From Eledone cirrhosa (lineage: Eukaryota), in contig OZ024742.1 of NCBI GenBank assembly GCA_964016885.1, positions 231,694,001-231,758,000 of the forward strand: a DNA stretch of 64,000 nt, written 5' to 3'. The number at the start of each line of letters is the position of its first letter. Within the stretch, counting starts at the first letter, position 1. The position numbers and the translations under genes are program-made. A model generated the notes under the pieces. It was not told the origin of the DNA. It saw only the letters and a program-made list of their open reading frames with translations, and did not search any database. Below are positions 25,532 to 37,494 of this stretch, one piece after another.

Positions 25532-27154
25532 GGCGAATCTGGTGCGAAGTGTGCATGCGTGAAGGCTTGTCCGAAGTGCGCATGCGTGAAGGCTAGTCCA
25601 AAGTGCGCATGCGCAAAGGCTGTCCATACTGCACATGCGCGTATCTGGTCAGAAGTGCACATGCGCGAAGAGTGGCCCGTACTGCGTATGTGCGAAGGCT
25701 GGTCCGAACAGCCAATGCGCGAAGGCTTGTCCGAAGTGCGCATGCGTGAAGGTTGGTACAAAGTACGCTTGCGCGAAGGCTGGTCCGTACTGCGCATGTG
25801 CGAAGGCTGGTCCGAAGTTCGCATGCGCGAAGGCTGGTCCGTACTGCGCATGCGCGAAGGCTGGTCCATACTGCGCATGCACGAAGGCTGGTCCGAAGTA
25901 AGCATGCGTGAAGGTGGTCCGAGTGCGCATGCACGAAGGCTGGTCCGTAATACGTATGCGATGCGCGAAGGCTGGTCCATACTGCGCATGAGGAAAGGCT
26001 GATCCGAAATGCGCTTGCGCGAAGGTAGGTCCGTAATGCGCATGCGCGAAGGCTTGTGCAAAGTGCGTATAAGAGAAGGCTGGTCGATACTGCGCATGCG
26101 CGACGGCTGGTCCATTCCGCGCATGCGCCAATGCTGGTCCAAAGTGCGCATGCGTGAAGACTGTGCATACTGCGCATGCGCAAAAGTTGGTCTGCACTGT
26201 GCATGCGCGAAAGCTGGTCCACACTGCGCATGCGCAAAGGCTGCATCATACTGCGCTTGCGCAAATCTGGTCCGAAGTGCGCGAAGGCTGGTCCGTACTG
26301 CGCATGCGTGAAGGCTTGTCAGAATGTGCATGCGTGAGGGCTGGTCCGAAGTGCGCATGTGCAAAGGCTGATCCGAAATGCGCATGCGCAAAAGCTGGTC
26401 CGTACTGCCCATGCGCGAAAGCAGGTCCGAACTGTGCATGCGCGAAGGCTGTCCGTACTGCGCATGCTGAAGGCTGGTCCGAAGTGCGCATGCGCCAAGG
26501 TGGTCCAAGTGCGCATGCGCGATGGTTGTTCGTACTGCGTATGCGTGAATGCTAGTCCGTACTGCGCATGCACGAATCTGGTCCGAAGTGCGTAAAGGCG
26601 GGTCCGTACTGCGCATGCGCTATGGCTGGTCTGAAGTGTGCATGCGCAAAGGCTGATCCGAAATGCGCATGCGCGTAGGCTGGTCCGTACTGCGCATACT
26701 CGAAAGCAGGTCCATACTGCGCATGCGCCAACTGGTCTGTACTGCACATGCATGAGGCTGGTCCGTACTGAACATGTGCGAAAGCTTGTCCGTAAAACGC
26801 ATGCGCGAAGGTTGTTCCGAAGTGCGCATGCGCGAATTATTTTTACTGCGTATGCGTGAATGCTAGTCCGTACTGCGCATGCACGAATCTGGTCCGAAGT
26901 GCGTAAAGGCGGGTCCGTACTGCGCATGCGCTATGGCTGGTCTGAAGTGTGCATGCGCAAAGGCTGATCCGAAATGCGCATGCGCGTAGGCTGGTCCGTA
27001 CTGCGCATACTCGAAAGCAGGTCCATACTGCGCATGCGCCAACTGGTCTGTACTGCACATGCATGAGGCTGGTCCGTACTGAACATGTGCGAAAGCTTGT
27101 CCGTAAAACGCATGCGCGAAGGTTGTTCCGAAGTGCGCATGCGCGAATTATTTT
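25532..27154. repeat. GC/CpG-rich 27-bp minisatellite (~60 units) with the TGCGCATGCGC motif and a terminal 311-bp duplication
   Basis: Consensus GAAGGCTGGTCCG(TAC/AAG)TGCGCATGCGC; 26533-26843 repeated at 26844-27154. Confidence 0.95.
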
Positions 27155-28208
27155 TATACGTTCTTTATATAAAACAAGATTGCGCTATATAAGATGACAG
27201 GGATCTCTCTCTATATAAAATGTCTCTCTGTCTGTGTGTCTTTTCCTTATGCATTCCCAAACAGCTCGTAATAGTATATAACCTTGGGAGTGACAACATA
27301 ATTTCTATATTCATTTGGATTAAAACAATATAACATTTTATCTAAAATAATCTACTAAAGACAACTATAAGTAAATGGATATTTTGTGCATGCCACGCAT
27401 TATTATATTTGATAGAGCATTGGACATGCTTTTCAGCATGCAGTTACGGCCCTTTACGTTCTACATTCAAATCTTGCTGAGGTTAGCTTTGTCTTTCATC
27501 CTTATGGGGTTGATAAAAGAAAGCACCAGTACTGCACTGGGGTCGATTTAATCGACTTTCCCTTCCCACCAAATTCCTGGCCTTGTGCCTAATGTAGAAA
27601 TCATTATTGTAGTGTACATATTTTATTATGTTTCGTTAATTAAAATAAAAAAGCAAAGTATACAATATTTTTTGAAAATCTAAGAATTTTCTGACAACAA
27701 TGTTTTTTTTGGGGTGGTGGTGGTGATGGGAGGGGAGAGCTGCACTCCCAGCAATACACCTTTGATATTACCACAAACTCCTCATTATTTTGAAGACACA
27801 TCCTTAAATGCAGGTACAAGGACAAGATCCTAACAACAATCATACTAGCCAACGAATGCAACATAGGCATCCTGCGAATGATGGAAACCCCATTAATAAT
27901 TGTTTCTACTTTTGGCACAAGGCCAGCAATTACCCAATGCATTACTGGTACTTTATTCTATCGACCCCGGAAGGATGAAAGGCAAAGTTAACCTCGGTGG
28001 GATTTGAACTCAGATGGAAACCCCATTAATAATGTCCATAAACTAGAACAGAGAGAGGCCCAATGGCTACTTTGATCAGGCCACTTAAATAAAGGACATA
28101 AATGAATCTAATAAACAAACCAAACAAACAGATATACATCCAGCCAGAAAAAATAAAGTAAATAAGCAACACACCATGATTTTATATAAAGAATAATCAG
28201 CAGACTGT

Positions 28209-29575
28209 TCATCATCATCATCATCGTTTAACGTCCATCTTCCACGCTAGCATGGGTTTGGACGGGAATTTGCCTACTTGAGGCAATATTGGTTGTCTTG
28301 CTCGTATAGGACTGTCTGGTGGGTTTTCTACAGCTGGATGCCCTTCCTAACACCAACCACGTTTACAGTGTGGACTGGGAACTTTTTACCGTGTTACCTA
28401 CACGGCCACATTACAGCGTGGACTGTGTTTTTTTCTCGTGACACCTACACGATCTCAATCTCATTTATTTGGACTGGATGTTGTGATACCAACTTTATAG
28501 AGAGAGGGTGGTGTTGGTCGGAGTGGGAACATAGGGTAGGGGTAGTGGATTGGGGTGTATATTTGGTTAAGAGGTGCCAACATAACTTTACATTGGAAGG
28601 GGTGGTGTGGGTGGGGTGGGGGTAGTGGGGCCGGGGTGTATTTTTGTTAGAGGTGCCTACTGACTGTAGGTTTCGCTTTGTACTTAGGCAAGGCGGGTCT
28701 TCTGTATTACTGTGTAGCGCCAAAGGTCTCGGTCCAGTGACATTGTCTTGGAGAGGTGTAAGTGTGTGAGGTCGGAATTTATCAAGTCATCCCAGGTTTT
28801 TCTGGGTCTGCCTACTCCGTGGCTACCGTCTATTTTTATCGGCCTGCACTTTTTTATACAGCTGTCGTCTTTCATGCGCATCACATGACTATACCAACGT
28901 AGTCTTCTCTCAAGTAAACAGCATCTGATCCCTCTTATTCCTAATTTCTCCCTTAGTTCGTTTATGCTTTGCCATTCACGTATATTACTATTACACATCC
29001 AGCGGAGCATGCAAGCTTCGTTCCTCTCCAGTCTGCGTATATCCTCTGCACACAATGCCCATGTCTCACTGCCATGCAGCATTGCTGTTCGTAAGCAGGC
29101 ATCATACAGCCTGCCTTTCATTTTTAGAGAGAACCCTTTAGCGGCCAATAGTGGTATAAGCTCTCTGAACTTTTTCCATCTCGTTCTGGCTCTAGCTACT
29201 GTACTTTCAGAGCACCCTCCACCACTGCTGATTTTGTCACCCAGGTAATGGAAGGTGTCCACTATTTCTATAGAACCATCTGTGCAATGGAATGAGCTAG
29301 TATTCTGTGGGCACTTATTGCACCAGAGCACCGGCCACATATAAAATCTATATTCTTAATTAGCTTACCTGTGATCCCACATCTTTTATGCACCCATATT
29401 TTGCATTTGGGACATGGAGTTTCTGCCTACTCCTTTCCTACACACTGAGCATGGCCATTTCCCAGATTGGACTGGTGCCCTATTTTCCTTCCTACAAACT
29501 AGAACTTTAGTCTTAGACAGGTTAATTTTAAGGCCTTTTGATTCTAGGCCATGCTTCCATATTTGGAATTTCTGC
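28209..29575 (-). mobile_element. RTE-clade LINE, 5'-truncated, with 3' UTR and (GAT)n tail
   Basis: ORF 28684-29340: FHYLG...MLHGSETW...RRLRWYSHVMR...GRPRKTW; tail ggacgttaaacgatgatgatg. Confidence 0.9.
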
Positions 29576-31089
29576 TTCTATTAATTGATAACTACCAGCA
29601 TCCACATTGTTTTACTACTATCTGCTTGCTAGCTTTTGCTAGAATGGACAAGCAACTAACTATGATACCACCAAACAAGGACAGGCATTACTACCTACCT
29701 GCTAATGCCATCAACTACCATAACCAATATAGACCAGACTGAATCTCATGCACGCATGGAACTCAGTCATAACTTCAGACCTGCCAACCTCTAAAAACCC
29801 AAACGGGGGAGTACCATGAACAGAAGGGCCCCAAAACAGGGAGAAATAGGGCAAAATTGGGAGAGTTTACATAATTGTTTCTATTTTTGGCACAAGGCCA
29901 GCTATTACCCGTGTATTACTGGTACTTTATTTTATCGACGCCATAAGGATGAAAGGCAAAGTTAACCTCGGCGGGATTTGAACTCAGAATGGCAAGGGCC
30001 GTAACTCAATGCGTCAAAGCATGGCGTCTGACCCTCTACCGATACTGCCAATCCACCGCCCTAGAGAGTTTACATAATGAAAGCTATACTCATTTTCACA
30101 AGAGAAGACATCTCCCCATCGAACAGGGAGTTTTTTTGGCCTGTAACTTTAATACAAGAGGATAATGCATCCGATGTATCTCGCAATTAATAAATATTAC
30201 CAAGGTAACATAGTCTCTAGTTTCTTCTTCTTCCCCCTCCTCCTTCTTTGCACTCAATCTCACCTCTCTCTTTCCTTGACCGATTTTATTACCTCAATAT
30301 TTACAATCCTGTCTGCATTGTAGCAGCTTCCAAAATACACCCACTTTTCATATTTCCCAATGTTTCATGAAACCTCCTCCCACACACATAAAGGAGGTCT
30401 GTTGAAAACATATCTGACCTTAGGATGGGGGAAAAAATTACGTATTGGGACCAACTATTATATATCCATGATGCTATCATGAGAGGAAGGAGAAGATAGA
30501 TACATATTGCATAGAAGACAATCGGACGTTTCTACATGACAACCTACTGCAGATTACTGTCATTGAAGGATCCAGCCAGACAAAAGGTGACTTGGTGGTG
30601 GAATAACACTGTAGACAGAACCATTAAAGAGACAGGCATGAAAAAATGGAATAAAACCCGAAGAAAAGAACAATATCAAATAAATGAGAAGTTAGACAAC
30701 AAGCAGTGTTGGGTTTACCATTGTGCTTAGGTGTGTTTAAGCACAAGGTCCCGTTGGCCAGGGGGACCTATCTTCTTGCCAAACATTTTTTTTACAATGA
30801 ATTTTTCAAATACCAAATGTTCAAAGGGGGCTCATAATTTAACTAGTACAGGACCTCATTTGTTCTAAATCCGGCACTGACAACAGGTTTACATAGCGCA
30901 CAGAGAAGCCGAGAGCAAGAGGTTTGTTAATGCAAATTCAAAGGCCAAAGTCATTATGCTTGAATTCTCAATTTTCCATGACTTTCTTTGTTCCTCTTGT
31001 CACTCCGGATGGAAGAATGCTGTTTTTATTGTTGCCTTATCAGTTGTGCGCGTGCATTGATGTTCTCTCTCTTTCACCCACTGCCTCCA

Positions 31090-31270
31090 TCTCTCACTAC
31101 TATATGCAAATGGGAGCCCACGCATTGGCTGCCCTGCAGTCCCAGCAGACAGAATAGAGAAGGCGTTTCCCTGGAGGATGCTGAGGGAGATGTGTTGGAA
31201 GAGCCATTCCAGCTTGCGATGTGGTCCTAGGGCACCAGAAGTCTTCATTGCTAATTTTATTGCCCAGAGA
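31090..31270 (-). mobile_element. Short 3' fragment of the CRE-clade retrotransposon family
   Basis: MKTSGALGP..LEWLFQHISLSILQGNAFSILSAG is nearly identical to the C-terminus encoded at 42003-42203. Confidence 0.8.
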
Positions 31271-32619
31271 TAGACACATAGGTAGATAGCTGCTGTTCTA
31301 TCACTAATCATGGGTGGATGTCTAGTAAGAGAGAGTGAGGGAGAGGAAGATACCAAATTACCACTTCCCATACAAATCTAGCACAAAGTGGTTGTCATAT
31401 GATCAAGTGTTTTATTATAAATCCCGCCGAGGTTAACTTTGCCTTTCATCCTTACGGGGTCGATAAAATAAAGTACCAGTAATGTACTGGTGAATTTGCT
31501 GGTCTTGTGCCTAAAGTAGAAACAATTATATGTATAAATCAAATCATTTAATTTTGAATTTGTTTGGACTTTTTTTTACACACACCTACAGTCAGGGCCT
31601 CCAAGAGAAATTTTTCAAGGTGATACAAAACCCCTTTAGGGCCTGAAGCAGGCAACAGGCAAATATTTTTCTCAAAATGGATGTTGCATGGTCGCTGTTG
31701 GGTCCAGAACAAAGTACTGGCTGGACCCCTCTCATAGGCCTTGCCTACAATATACAAATTACTTTTACTCTGTAGGTCCCTATACTAGCTGGGTATATTG
31801 ATTTCACTTTGGAAAAAATATTTTTGCGACAAAAGTGAGTCCTCTACATTGTCATGATTGAATACACTTGCAGTTTTAAAGGACCTCAAAATTGGAGAGA
31901 AGAATGTTTTAAACAGGCTGCTGATTAATCCAAGAAAGGTTTTACTTTCTCCATTGCATATCAAGCTTAGACTGATGAACCGTGGCGTGTAGCCGAAACA
32001 TCTCCCCGGCCTTGGCACAATCTGTCACCCCCACCCCCGCTACTTAATAGGCTTTGTTCTTTCCCTCCTTTTCTTCACATTATGACATTTATAGTTCTTT
32101 CCTCTACTTTTCTATACCTGTCCTTCTTTACCGTTTTCCACTTATTTTTTCATTACTTAATTTTGTTTTTATCTGTTTCTAAAATATAGTTGATATAATA
32201 AAATTATAGCTAAAAAAAAATATTTATATAAAAAAGGGACTCGATAAAACCTAAACCATATACAATTATTTGGTTAGTATATTTTGCTAAAAAACTTTTT
32301 TGAGAGAAACTTCTGGAAAAAAAAAAAAGGGTTGGGGAGATAAAAAAAAATTGAAATTTTGAAAACTTGTTTTTTTTGCCGAATCATAATCTGTGATATT
32401 TAAAACATAATTCAGACAAAAAATAATAATAAAAAAATAGAAATAAAGTCAAGTTTCAGGATAAGTATCCAACGTAAATTGCCCTAACTTTATATTCATT
32501 TATTACTATTTTTTTGTCAATTATTTTCGGAACTGTACTTTTTAAACAGGGAGATTTACTATTTCGACGAGACCCCACCCAAAAAGTAATGTAAAAGTTA
32601 TTGTGGGTGTAGCATCAGC

Positions 32620-33330
32620 CCGCTGGAATTTGCAGACGACATGGTACTATTTAACTCGTCAGAAGGTTTTTTCCGACATACACTCGATAGGTTTGCTGCC
32701 GAAAGTTGCACGACAGGAATGAAAATCAGTGCTCGCCCTCTCAAGGAAGCCTGCTTAGTGCACTACAAATGTGAGTGGAGTTCCCCTGAAGCAGGTGGAG
32801 AAGTTCAAGTATCCCAGGGCCGTGTTTACGAGTGATGGAAGGCAGGAGCCTGAATTAAGTGCAAGAATTGCAGGAGCTGGTGTAATAATGCACCAGCTTC
32901 AGTATTCGGTCATCAGAAGGAGGTAGGAAGGTGTAAAAGCCAAACTAGCTATCTTCAATTCGGTATTCGTGCTAACCCTTACCTATAGTCATGAATCTTG
33001 AGTAATGACCGAAATAATACGATCACGAATACAAGCGACCAAAATGGGATTCCTCTAAAGGGTCTTTGGAGTAATGTTATATGAGATCAGAGAGTCGCTC
33101 CAGGTAAAGCTGCTACTTCTCCAAATTGAGAGATCATAGCTCCAATGCTACAGATCTGCGGTCAGAATATCTAAGGGAAGAATCGTTGGTCAGATTTTAT
33201 GGGCAAAATCTACCGTCAGGAGATCCAGAACAAGCTCAGCTGGTTTGGCTTGGGGATCCAGCCGGATCAATTGGAGACAGTTGCTCCTGACAGGATCCGC
33301 TGGACCATCCCAAGAATAACTGGCCGAAGA
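32620..33330 (+). mobile_element. Degenerate RTE LINE fragment
   Basis: LEFADDMVL...GMKIS...; homologous to 37495-37900 on the opposite strand. Confidence 0.8.
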
Positions 33331-34490
33331 AGTAAGTGTGGTTTGGGGGTGGAAAAGTAAAAGAAAATTGAAAACATAGGATGTTCCATTTAGTTATTTA
33401 CCATCCAATCTGTTTAATGATATCCAGTACTACAAAATCCAATGCGTCCATCCTTGTTTATGGCACTAGGGTGTGCTGTGAGGGAGATTTGACTGTTATT
33501 TCCAGTATGTCGAATGAATAGGTAGAGGCACCCTTGTTCCCTCTTGGGAATATAGAAAATACGCAGGGGGGGGGGGGGGGGGCACGAAACTTCGAGAGAT
33601 TTTTTTGACAGCATCATGATTTTCGAAAATGCCTTTTCCCACGAACAAGGGAGCCTCTACGTAGTCACTAGACATACTAGAAATAGCAGCCAAATCACCC
33701 TTACATTCCACCATAGCATCTAAAATAAGGAAATACACATTGGAGATTGTAATACTGGATATCATCCTTACACAGACTGGGTGATAAAGGGCTGGGACAA
33801 CCTATATTTTCAATTTAGTCGGGGGGGGGGGGGGGGGGGGGCAGAATCTGAAATGTCCTTCTCCAAAACGTAGAATTCCGAAGAAGAAAAAAATTAATAA
33901 AATAGTTACGGTTATTTACGAGGAGTACTTATTCCGAAACCCCGCTAAAGTCAAAAATGGAAAAGTTACGCGATGAGGTTAAGAAAAAAATTGAAATTCG
34001 TCATTTTCGTCGATAAAAATGTGGAAATTAGAATTTGTTTTTTGATTATTGAAAAACAATGAAGTTATGAATGGTTAAGCGACGTGCTTATTCCGAACTT
34101 ACTCCACTTAATGCTTCACAGTGATTATTTTTACCATTCGAGGTACAGAGTTTAAAATCTCACAGGATCAATAAAGTAAATATTAGCGTAACCAACTCGA
34201 TTAAATCGGATTACAAATGAAAGAAATCATGTCGTATTGATTTAGGAAAAGTTAGTTTTTTCATTTTCGTATAATATCTGAGTAAATAAATCAAGACATT
34301 TATGAGTATAAGAAAAATTAAATGGAGTATTAAAATATTAAATTATAATATATATGTATACGTTTTTAGAATATAAAATCGTATTATTGAATAATAATAT
34401 ATATGTTATCGCTCGCACACTGATCTGTGATTTAACGAGTTGGCATTGCTCCTCTGTCACTGTTAATTGATTTACAATAATTCTTTACTG

Positions 34491-34751
34491 ATGTTGAGTT
34501 CTAAAAGATTTCTATTTTTCAATTGCTTTCCTCCGTTGTTAATACATTGTAAACAATGTAGTCATTTTAAGGGGCATTTTTTATGTTCTCTTTCATTAAG
34601 GACTCTCTTCAGCGGACCTCAAGTAAACCAAAACAGTAATGTTAAACAAATATTTAATCCGAAGAAAGCTGTTGTGCTATCAAAGGTTACACGATATGAA
34701 TACGAGAAATTGTTATCTGGTGCAGGGACTGAAGAGGAGCTGATACAAAAT
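34491..34751 (+). CDS. NADK2: NAD kinase 2, mitochondrial, coding exon 1 with predicted presequence
   Basis: ATG at 34491; acid-free, basic/hydrophobic N-terminus (MLSSKRFLFF...LRTLFS), then FNPKKAVVLSKVTRYEYEK matching the NADK2 'F.P..VVV..K.TRYEFE' block; AAT|gtgagc donor, phase 0. Confidence 0.88.
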
Positions 34752-37494
34752 GTGAGCCCTTTATTTTTATTTATTATCAATATTTTACTTATATCAATAC
34801 AATCAACTTCGGATATAGCCGAAATGGTTTAGTTTTTAATTAGGAAGGAATATAATCCCCCAAAGTCATGCAAATGGCTTTTGATATTTGTTGTAAAATT
34901 ATTTTTCTGTCTATCAGAAGGCAATCGTCAAAATACAACAAAAAACAAAGTAATGGAAGAAAATGCAAAACTGCATTCTTCGTATCAACACGCCGGCAGC
35001 ATCCATTCGACACCCACATACTACAAACACAGGTCCAGTATTTATCGGAGTGGGATAAATTAGATCAACTCTAATATTTGACTGATGCTTTATCGAACTG
35101 GGAAAAAATAAAAAGGCAAAATTGACCCCGGAAGGATGAAAGGCAAAGTTGACCCCAGTGGGATTTGAACTCAGAAGACCCGGAAACGATTTCCAATCCA
35201 CCGCCTTTCATACATACCTCCTACATAATGAAACCTAATTAATCAACTTGGGTGGCAGACCCCGGTGATGACGCTAGTGAGGGCTGAAAGGCAATGGGGG
35301 CTGGAATATATCAGGAACGTTTGTTCATTTTTTTTTTATTAATACAATTTACTTCAGTAAGGGCAATATTTTGTTAACAACCTACCACTTTCACTTTGTC
35401 AAACACGAGCGGGTAACAGGCAACACGGAAGAATTTTTCTTCTTTTTTGACTATGTGCTGCCGCTGGTCGTTTGTGACCGAGGAATATGATATTGTTATT
35501 GACTTATTCGGCAAAATGGGAGGAAAGCAGTGTTATTGGGAACAGTAGTAATGGAAAATGTAATACCAAAACGAATAAGTAAATACTGATTTTTCCCCTC
35601 AATAATTTTACTAATTTGGGTTTTAGTACTGTATTTTTACAGTCTATTTAACTAAAAAGAAATATTTTCTCAAGATAAAGTGTTATATATGTTTTCAGCA
35701 ACTTTATTTCATTCTGTTAAAGATTCCGATTTTTTTTCTGATAGAATCAAACTCTCCGATGTTAAAAAAGAAATTTGCAAATTGTTTTTAAAAAGAAATA
35801 AAATAAAAAAGTTATAGGTTGTGGTAGTGCATGATTTCCCTAGTTTGAAGCCTTTAGATAGCCAAGTCAGATTTTAACATTCCCATTACTGTTGGTTGTA
35901 ATATTTGTTACGCTGCATGTTTAAAGTATATATTTATTCTTGTTTTTGATATTTTAACAGCACAAAATTAAACACCCTCGCATCAAACAAAATTTCTTAA
36001 TTGCACAAAAAGCACTAAAAATGAAAACTACAACCGATGACAAAACGAAAATTAATTCTGTGGCAATCAAAGTGAAAGTGACGTGCTGTCTATCAATATT
36101 AACGATTAGAATTTTATTGACCTGTGCTATTGTGGATTGGCAGTATTGGTAGAGGGTCGGGCGCCATGCTTTGAAGCATAGAATTACCTCCCTTTATGAT
36201 CTAAGTTCAAATCCCGCCGAGGTTAACTTTGCCTTTCATGCTTACTGGGTCGATAAAATAAAGTACAGTACCAGTAATGCACTGGGATAATTGCTGGCCT
36301 GGTGCCAAAAGTAGAAACAATTATTTTATAATGGTATTCATCTCACCATAAAATGAACATCAAATTGCAAGGAAAGCAAAATGAATTATAATTCTTTTTA
36401 CAGAATATAGTCAAACTTGTTTATTAAACATCTCGTAGATATAAACAAAATTTATATAACGAATATGATTTACAAATGGGTAAATTTATAGAAGATCACT
36501 CCCCTCGAGTTCAGTGGGGAAAACATTTTTTTCGTGTGTTATCAACTAATTTAACACTCAAGATGTTCACAATCGACTTTTTCTTCCCTACTTGGACTTT
36601 TCTCTACGATATTGTTTTTCGAGTTGTTATCAACGGATATGATCTCCCAAAGCAGTCAGAGACGGAACAATTGGATTTGTTTAAAAAGGGGCGAAAAGAT
36701 CGAGTTTCGTAGCCTCTCGCCGCGTTTAATGGGAAACAATTATTTTTCCTCGTTTTTTTTTTTCGTGTTTTATCAACTAAGCTGTTTTATAATAATAATA
36801 CCCACAAAAGAAACAAATCAATAAAAATTAATTAGAGGAAAAAAAAAACTGAAGATGGGAACACTCAACTACATGCTACATCAAGAACTGCTGGTGTTTC
36901 ACTCTAAAACCTTTTGGGGCAAGCCAAAACAGAGTATTTCCGCAGGTAATAATGATGATAAGGCACTGGAATAGCCTAGCACCTATCAAGCATTATTTGA
37001 TACTTCAGTAAAGTGAGTTGTCAACAGCGACAAGAACCTCTTTGTTAGCAACCCAACTCCCCTGAATTTCTTGGATCTCGCAGGCTAAAATGGTTTTTCA
37101 GAAATATATTCCGTTTGGCTATGGATGCAAATACCCCCAACATTGCAGCATTATGTAGGATATGATAAACATTTTACAAATTGTAAGATGCTATTTTTTG
37201 TAAAATATAATTTGGCTAGAAAGAATGGAATTGTAGAATGATCCAGTAGATGTGTGAAGTATAGTTTGTCTTCCTTAGAGAGAGGAAGACAAACTGAATT
37301 CAGAAGATAATGGGGAAAAAACCCCAGTGATGAATAGAATAAGATAGTTAGGTCATACGTTGAGGAAGGATGATAGTGACTGGATGAGTGAAGTGATGGA
37401 AATGAATGTGGAAGGGAGTAGAGAAAGGGGAAGACCAATGATGGAGGAGAAAATGAAAACCAGGGGATTGGTGAGGGACGTTTGTCATGGGGCC

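Noticed and set aside
25532-27154. CRISPR-like repeat array
   Set aside because: Units are contiguous with no unique spacers, there are no cas genes, and the context is eukaryotic.
25480-27197. Long overlapping ORFs (378 aa, 223 aa, 202 aa and others) with MRSTDQPSR / AHAQYGPAF repeats
   Set aside because: The 27-bp unit is a multiple of 3 and stop-free in several frames on both strands. Frames switch at indels and there is no splice or start context, so these are satellite artefacts.
34467-34832. 121-aa single-exon ORF as called by the track
   Set aside because: It starts at a TTG and reads through the donor at 34752; the real exon is 34491-34751.
35405-35432. RFX-like (GTAACAGGCAAC) and ETS-like (CGGAAG) motifs in NADK2 intron 1
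   Set aside because: Short motifs expected by chance, with no independent support.
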